DNA of 64,000 bases from Lama guanicoe. Lineage: Eukaryota. Location of the stretch: the NCBI GenBank assembly GCA_013239625.1, contig MU054187.1, forward strand, positions 6,335,757 to 6,399,756. The letters run 5' to 3'. The position numbers and the translations under genes are program-made. The notes under the pieces were generated by a model that ran no database searches, was not told the origin of the DNA, and saw only the letters and a program-made list of their open reading frames with translations. Positions 62,085-64,000 of the stretch are shown here, in pieces. Positions within the stretch are counted from its first letter, which is position 1; each line of letters starts with the position of its first letter.

Positions 62085-62265
62085 CTCACAGCACCTCTCG
62101 TAGCCCATGAACATGCCTCTTCTTCACAGTCACCCGCCAAGGGGGCAGTGTATCTTCCTGCTCACAGGTGAGGAAACCGAGGCACGGAAAGCTGACAGAA
62201 CCAGCTTAGATTCCGGTCCTGGGTTAGTGGAGGGGCTGCTGATTCGAATCCAGGCTGCTTCTCCC
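62085..62265 (-). mobile_element. MIR SINE
   Basis: tcacaggtgaggaaaccgaggcacggaaag...gattcgaatccaggctg. Confidence 0.7.
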
Positions 62266-63694
62266 TCCAAATGATTTCCCAGACCTCCTGCTATTATTGT
62301 GCAGTTCAAAACTTCTCCTTTCATTTATGTCTCATGATGAGTTTCAGCAACACTCTGCTCGGTTACTTATGTGTGAAGGCCACCGTCACCATCTCCGTCA
62401 GTCTGAAAATCTGAATTTTCTTGCAGCGTGTTGTTGTATTGAAAAAAAGGAATGGTGCTTCAGATTTTTATTAGCTGAATGTTGTGTGTGAAATATAAAA
62501 AGAAATCTTTCTGTGGAAATCGATGAACCTGGGTTTCCGAGTTTAACCCTGACTTAGTGAGGACTAAGTTCTGGCAGCTAGAGAAGAGGGGCGAGGGGTC
62601 TGACTGATGGTGGGAGAAACGACTCTGAGGAATGAGGGAGACTCTCCCTGGAGATGTGAGCAGTGCGCACCAGCTTGGGCCGCCGCCCTGCGGGAGGCAT
62701 TCTGTGTCCGCGTTCCTGCCCGGGAGGCGCTCGCCCTCAGCAGGGCCCGGCTCTGTGAGCGGTGCTGAGGCAGCCACAGGGTGTGGTGGAACAGGCGAGT
62801 ATATTGACGTCAGAAAGACTATTCTCGAAGGGTCACAACTGCAGCAGGTAAAGTACCAGGTCTGGTGCTGAATCGAACAAGGAAGCAGCAGGACGGCTGA
62901 AGCCGAGCATCCCCAGCAATTTCTTGTGCCTTTGTTGGCAGTTTGCGACGTCCGTCTGCAGAAATGCACGTGTAAATAAATGTGTGTGAGTTGTATGCTG
63001 CGTGTACTTCACGGCAGGGGTGGAACTCAGTCCTTACCATCCCCATGACTGTAGGGTCTTTGTAAGTCCCGGGCTAAGAGCATCTTTCACGCACTGTTTT
63101 GGGGACATAGCTAATTAGACAGGCACAGCTCATATTTGAGTTACTTTCCTGGTGGCCAGATTGATCATCAGGTCAAGCCGAAACTTCTGTAAAAGGGTGA
63201 CTGAAACAGAACTTCTGTCTTTTGAGAATGTCCCCTTTCCAAGATGGAGAGTTTCTCTGTCAAGATGAAAAGCGAGAAACAGAAAAGGCACTGTACGTCG
63301 ACGTGGAATCGCCCTGCCTGAGAGAGAAGGTGAATTATGTGTTCCGGATGCAAACCCCAAGACTGGCTTCGGGGAGAGAGCTAATCATGCGTAAGGGCTG
63401 GAAACATCCGGACCTCGGCTTGAAGCCTCCCTCAGTGACTACAGAGCTGCCGATAGATTTTCCCACTTGTCCTGGTGACAGTTCTACTTTCTAGGAAGTT
63501 ACAAGAAGCAACGATGGGTGGAATCATTTCAGATGAAAAAGGAAACACTTTGTAATGATAAAAATCTTGGGTGTAACAGAGAATGCCATCTGAGGCAGAA
63601 AGAAATTTCTCTGCATAGGGGTTAGATCAAACACAGGTCAATTTAGAAATTTAATTTTCAAAATACCCTGAAAAGGCAGGTGTAAAATCTCATT

Positions 63695-64000
63695 TCTTTC
63701 TTTTTTTTTTAAAGATTTAAAAAAATCGAGGTAATGTTGGTTTATAACATTCATGTGTACAATATTGCATTTGTACTTCTGTACACCTTACAGCTCACCG
63801 CCAACACTTTGACTTCCATCCATCACTGTATGGTCCATCCCCTTCACCCATCTCTCCCACCCTTGCTCCTTCCCCTCTGGTAACCACATGCTTGTTTTTG
63901 TTTGGTTTGGTTCCTTCACCTTTATTTATGTATCTTTTTTGGTTTGTTTGTTTTTTATATTCCACATGCGAGTGACATGGTGCGGTATCTGTCTTTCATT
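63695..64000 (-). mobile_element. L1 3' region, runs off the window
   Basis: T-tail, gaggtaatgttggtttataacatt...ccttcccctctggtaaccac...ttttatattccacatgcgagtgacatggtgcggtatctgtcttt. Confidence 0.88.

Noticed and set aside
62134..62149. CTCF-like ccgccaagggggcagt
   Set aside because: Several mismatches in the 5' half of the core and located within a decayed MIR; weaker than the sites reported.
62632..62871. 79-aa ORF with ATG and internal donor CAG|GTAAAG as a possible first coding exon
   Set aside because: Low-complexity GC-driven peptide with no recognised homology and no downstream exons visible.
1..64000. CRISPR array, prokaryotic operon or novel defence-type system
   Set aside because: The sequence is mammalian and repeat-rich, with no regularly spaced repeat-spacer array and no dense gene-length ORFs.

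Overview
This is eukaryotic, mammalian genomic DNA, most likely from a camelid (camel/alpaca/llama). The evidence is two copies of a tRNA-Ala-derived SINE of the camelid Vic-1 type and artiodactyl-type L1 3' ends, with no Alu, B1/B2, Can-SINE, PRE-1 or Bov-A/Bov-tA elements recognised. The window looks intronic or intergenic. I find no multi-exon protein-coding gene I can support, and nearly all supplied ORFs are best read as chance frames in GC-rich or repeat DNA. Most of the sequence is ancient eutherian repeats (L2, MIR, L1M, MaLR/MLT1 LTRs, MER20/53/58/81, Tigger1-type MITE), microsatellites and several CpG- or motif-rich candidate cis-regulatory elements, including two good CTCF motifs. 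The most informative observations are: a heavily eroded RTE-clade reverse-transcriptase fossil (~35.7-36.1 kb); a probable decayed retrocopy of an unidentified mRNA (~51.2-52.9 kb); a 42-bp templated duplication and a fold-back micro-L1 insertion next to it; a MaLR internal+PPT+LTR remnant; and several nested insertions with readable TSDs. I do not see convincing evidence of a previously undescribed biological system. Repeat family names and boundaries were called by eye against remembered consensus sequences and are approximate unless exact coordinates are quoted.
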